Below are positions 61,496 through 64,000 of a stretch of DNA of 64,000 nucleotides, one piece after another (position 1 is the first letter of the stretch; each line of letters starts with the position of its first letter). The stretch is from Batkoa obscura (Eukaryota). Location of the stretch: positions 682,001 through 746,000 of the forward strand of contig JASVEC010000017.1 of the NCBI GenBank assembly GCA_030770535.1, given 5' to 3'. The notes beneath the pieces were generated by a model, which worked only from the letters and a program-made list of their open reading frames with translations, did not search any database and was not told the DNA's origin. The position numbers were made by a program, and so were the translations under genes.

Positions 61496-62609
61496 AAAAA
61501 GAGAAATACTTTCTATGTCATAAAAAATAAGGTAAACATATATGTCAATTTTGTTAGTGAAAAAAGAGAATAAATAAAAAAATGAAGAATAGAGTTAGAT
61601 ACTTTCAATAAACTACAAGGTAAACTACTCTTTGTATAAATATGTCATTAAATTAATAGCATTAAATAATTAAATAATTAAAGCATACATATGGATTTTA
61701 TTAAGAAAAATGAGAGTTAGAGGGGAGAATTAGGGAGAATGAATTAAAAGTTAGTTACTTTCAATAATTTACCAGATGGTACAAAACTCTTTGTATAAAA
61801 ATGTTGTTGAATTAATAACATTGAAGAAGTATTATTCAATTTCAATTTTAAGATAGAATTACACTTATTATTGATTATACTATTATCATTCTTATTATTA
61901 GATATTGTAACCTTTGTCTTGTTATTCTCAATACTTTCGTTTAATTTACTTACATTCTTCTTTTTACAACCATGTTCTTGTATTGTAATACTTAAAGAGA
62001 TTAGATCTAAATTATGCATAATTATTTAGTCAATTGATTGTTATAATTTTATATTAAAAAATAATAAATTATTATTAAAATTAACATATTTATATACTTT
62101 TTTCAAGCTTCAATATTAACTGATAATTTCGCAAAATGACTCATGCTTAACTAAAGCTTAGTTACTATCAATCAAACTCAATTTTATGTTTCTTGCAACA
62201 GTTAACAAATTTATGCTAAAACTTATGTTTGAGGTTTATGATAATGACTATATATATATTTATTTACCAATCATGAAGTCATTTCAAAGTTAACTGATAG
62301 CTTATTGTAACTGCTGGTTCAATCCCTTAATGGTTTATTACTTTAATTTTTCCCCCTCCTTTTCTCCGTAATATGGAAATTCAATTTCTATAGCTCTATA
62401 ATTTATTAAATTTCTATAGCTTAAACTGCGCTTATAAACTATAATACTTTTTATTAAATAGGGTTAAATTGATATTGAATTTGAATTTAAAAAAAACCTT
62501 TTATTTTATTTACTAAAATTTAAATTTCAATATTAATTTTTATTTTAAAATTGCATGCTATAGTTTTTTATTTTTATTTTTATTTTCATTTTTATTTCTA
62601 TTTTTATTT

Positions 62610-62681
62610 TTATTTTAAGGCTGTACACTATAGTTCCTTTAACTTTATTTTAAGGCTTATCCTTGTACAGCCTTAAAATAA
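62610..62681. repeat. 18-bp perfect inverted repeat (possible Tourist/Harbinger-type micro-MITE)
   Basis: TTATTTTAAGGCTGTACA ... TGTACAGCCTTAAAATAA. Confidence 0.6.
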
Positions 62682-63001
62682 GCTTAATAAATTAAATATA
62701 CTGGCTTGAAAGTAATTGGGTTTGAAGTTTAAGTTAGAGCTTTGAAATAGACACCCAAGTATCAAAGTAATCAATAATTAGCAAAAACAAGCTCAATAAT
62801 CTAGGTGAGTAGTATTTAGTAATATGAGCTTTCACACGATTGTTTACGACTATTCTTTAATAAATACCCTTTTAAAAATACATAGCTGTTAACGAATGTT
62901 TCATGTTTCCTTCTAATTTAATTTAAAAATAGATCAGACATTTTCAATTTTGTATTACTTCAATATAAAAATTAAAAAATTGTTGCAAATGGGTTTAATA
63001 A

Positions 63002-63103
63002 ATGAAGGTGCTTTTTTTTATTTTTACTTTTTCCGTTTTCAAAGCGCTATTTAAGTAGAAAAACTGCTAGTAAAATTCTTAAACAAAAAAATACATCCCC
63101 AAA
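63002..63103 (+). mobile_element. ~105-bp MITE
   Basis: ATGAAGGTGCTTTTTTT...AAAGCGCTATTTAAG...AAAAAAATACATCCCCA. Confidence 0.8.
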
Positions 63104-63513
63104 TATAAAATTAAAAATGCCCAATCTATTTTTAAATTAAATTAGAAGGAAACAAAACATTTGAAGCTAAACAACTATACCCTTATTTTTAAAATATTAT
63201 TGCTTTTTTTGCAAATGAGAAATCACTTTTCAATAAATTGATTTCAATTTAAAAATTCTTTTAGATTAACCAAAAAATTTTGATCAACAAATCTAAAAGT
63301 TGAGATTGATTTAATATTAATAATTTGCTAATTTTATATGTTGTTAAATTAATTCAAAATAACTAAAGTAGTAGTATATTTATTATAAATTTTCAAAGAT
63401 AAGGTCCATATAATAATTCGAGAAGAGATAAGCGACATGAGTAATGTCCAACATACAATAATTTATATTTAAATTATTAAATTTTACGTATAACTTGTTA
63501 AATAATTTAAAAC

Positions 63514-63617
63514 ATGAGGATGTTTTTTTTGGTTTCATTACTTTTTCCATTTTTTAAGCGCTATTTGAGCGAAAAGATTGTTAGTAAAATTCTTAAACAA
63601 AAAAATACATCTCTATA
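63514..63617 (+). mobile_element. ~105-bp MITE
   Basis: ATGAGGATGTTTTTTTT...AAGCGCTATTTGAGCGAAAAG...ACATCTCTATA. Confidence 0.85.
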
Positions 63618-64000
63618 TAACTTGAATTAAGTAAAAAGTCATATTTGGATAAATAAACATAAGTAGGTACCTTTATATCTTAATGAAAAGTAATACTTTG
63701 ATTTAAGATAGCGTTTTTGTTAATAAATAAATCCTCAGCTATTAAATATTAAGTTATTTTACTTATAAAATAACTTAATTGATTAAACATAAAATTAACA
63801 ACAAAGGTAAGTTTTTAATTAAACATAAATACCTTATTTAAATATAGATAAAAGTATTTATTAATTGATTTCATTTAATTTAAAATAGCTTTCATTAATT
63901 AATAACAATATTATTTTTTATTTATTCATTTAAACATTCAATAAACAAATAAATAAAATAGCTTTATTAATGCTTAAAATTAATAAAATTAAAAATAAAT

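Noticed and set aside
416..63617. MITE copies as a CRISPR-like or regularly spaced array
   Set aside because: Irregular kb-scale spacing, both orientations, TIR plus TA structure, eukaryotic context.

Overview
Very AT-rich eukaryotic DNA with short GT-AG introns. The gene content (class 3 lipase, CsbD/Hmp1-like, CBM19-like, PLPBP) points to a fungus, probably an early-diverging one (inference). The main feature is a cluster of ten intronless paralogous genes in two sub-clusters (1.9-15.8 kb, six genes; 39.1-53.9 kb, four genes). Each encodes only the bipartite N-terminal DNA-binding region of the CENP-B/pogo-Tigger transposase family (HTH_psq-like + HTH_Tnp_Tc5-like). The DDE domain is replaced by a divergent N/S/Y/F/P-rich low-complexity tail, and I see no TIRs around the genes. 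They look like a locally expanded family of domesticated, transposase-derived DNA-binding regulators. The sub-clusters are separated by a ~22 kb block containing a small secreted Cys-rich gene, a RimJ/RimL GNAT, a class 3 lipase and a 7-exon PLPBP/YggS gene, plus decayed duplicates of the last three. The right end carries a CsbD-like gene, a secreted 5'-nucleotidase, tRNA-Leu(AAG), an acidic small protein, a G-patch protein and USE1. Mobile DNA includes ~20 copies of a ~105-bp Tc1/mariner-type MITE and four TG..CA solo-LTR-like elements (two inside MITE copies, two forming an inverted pair). There are also two 5'-truncated L1-like LINEs with TSDs and further decayed elements. All family calls are from motif recognition by eye; no searches were run.
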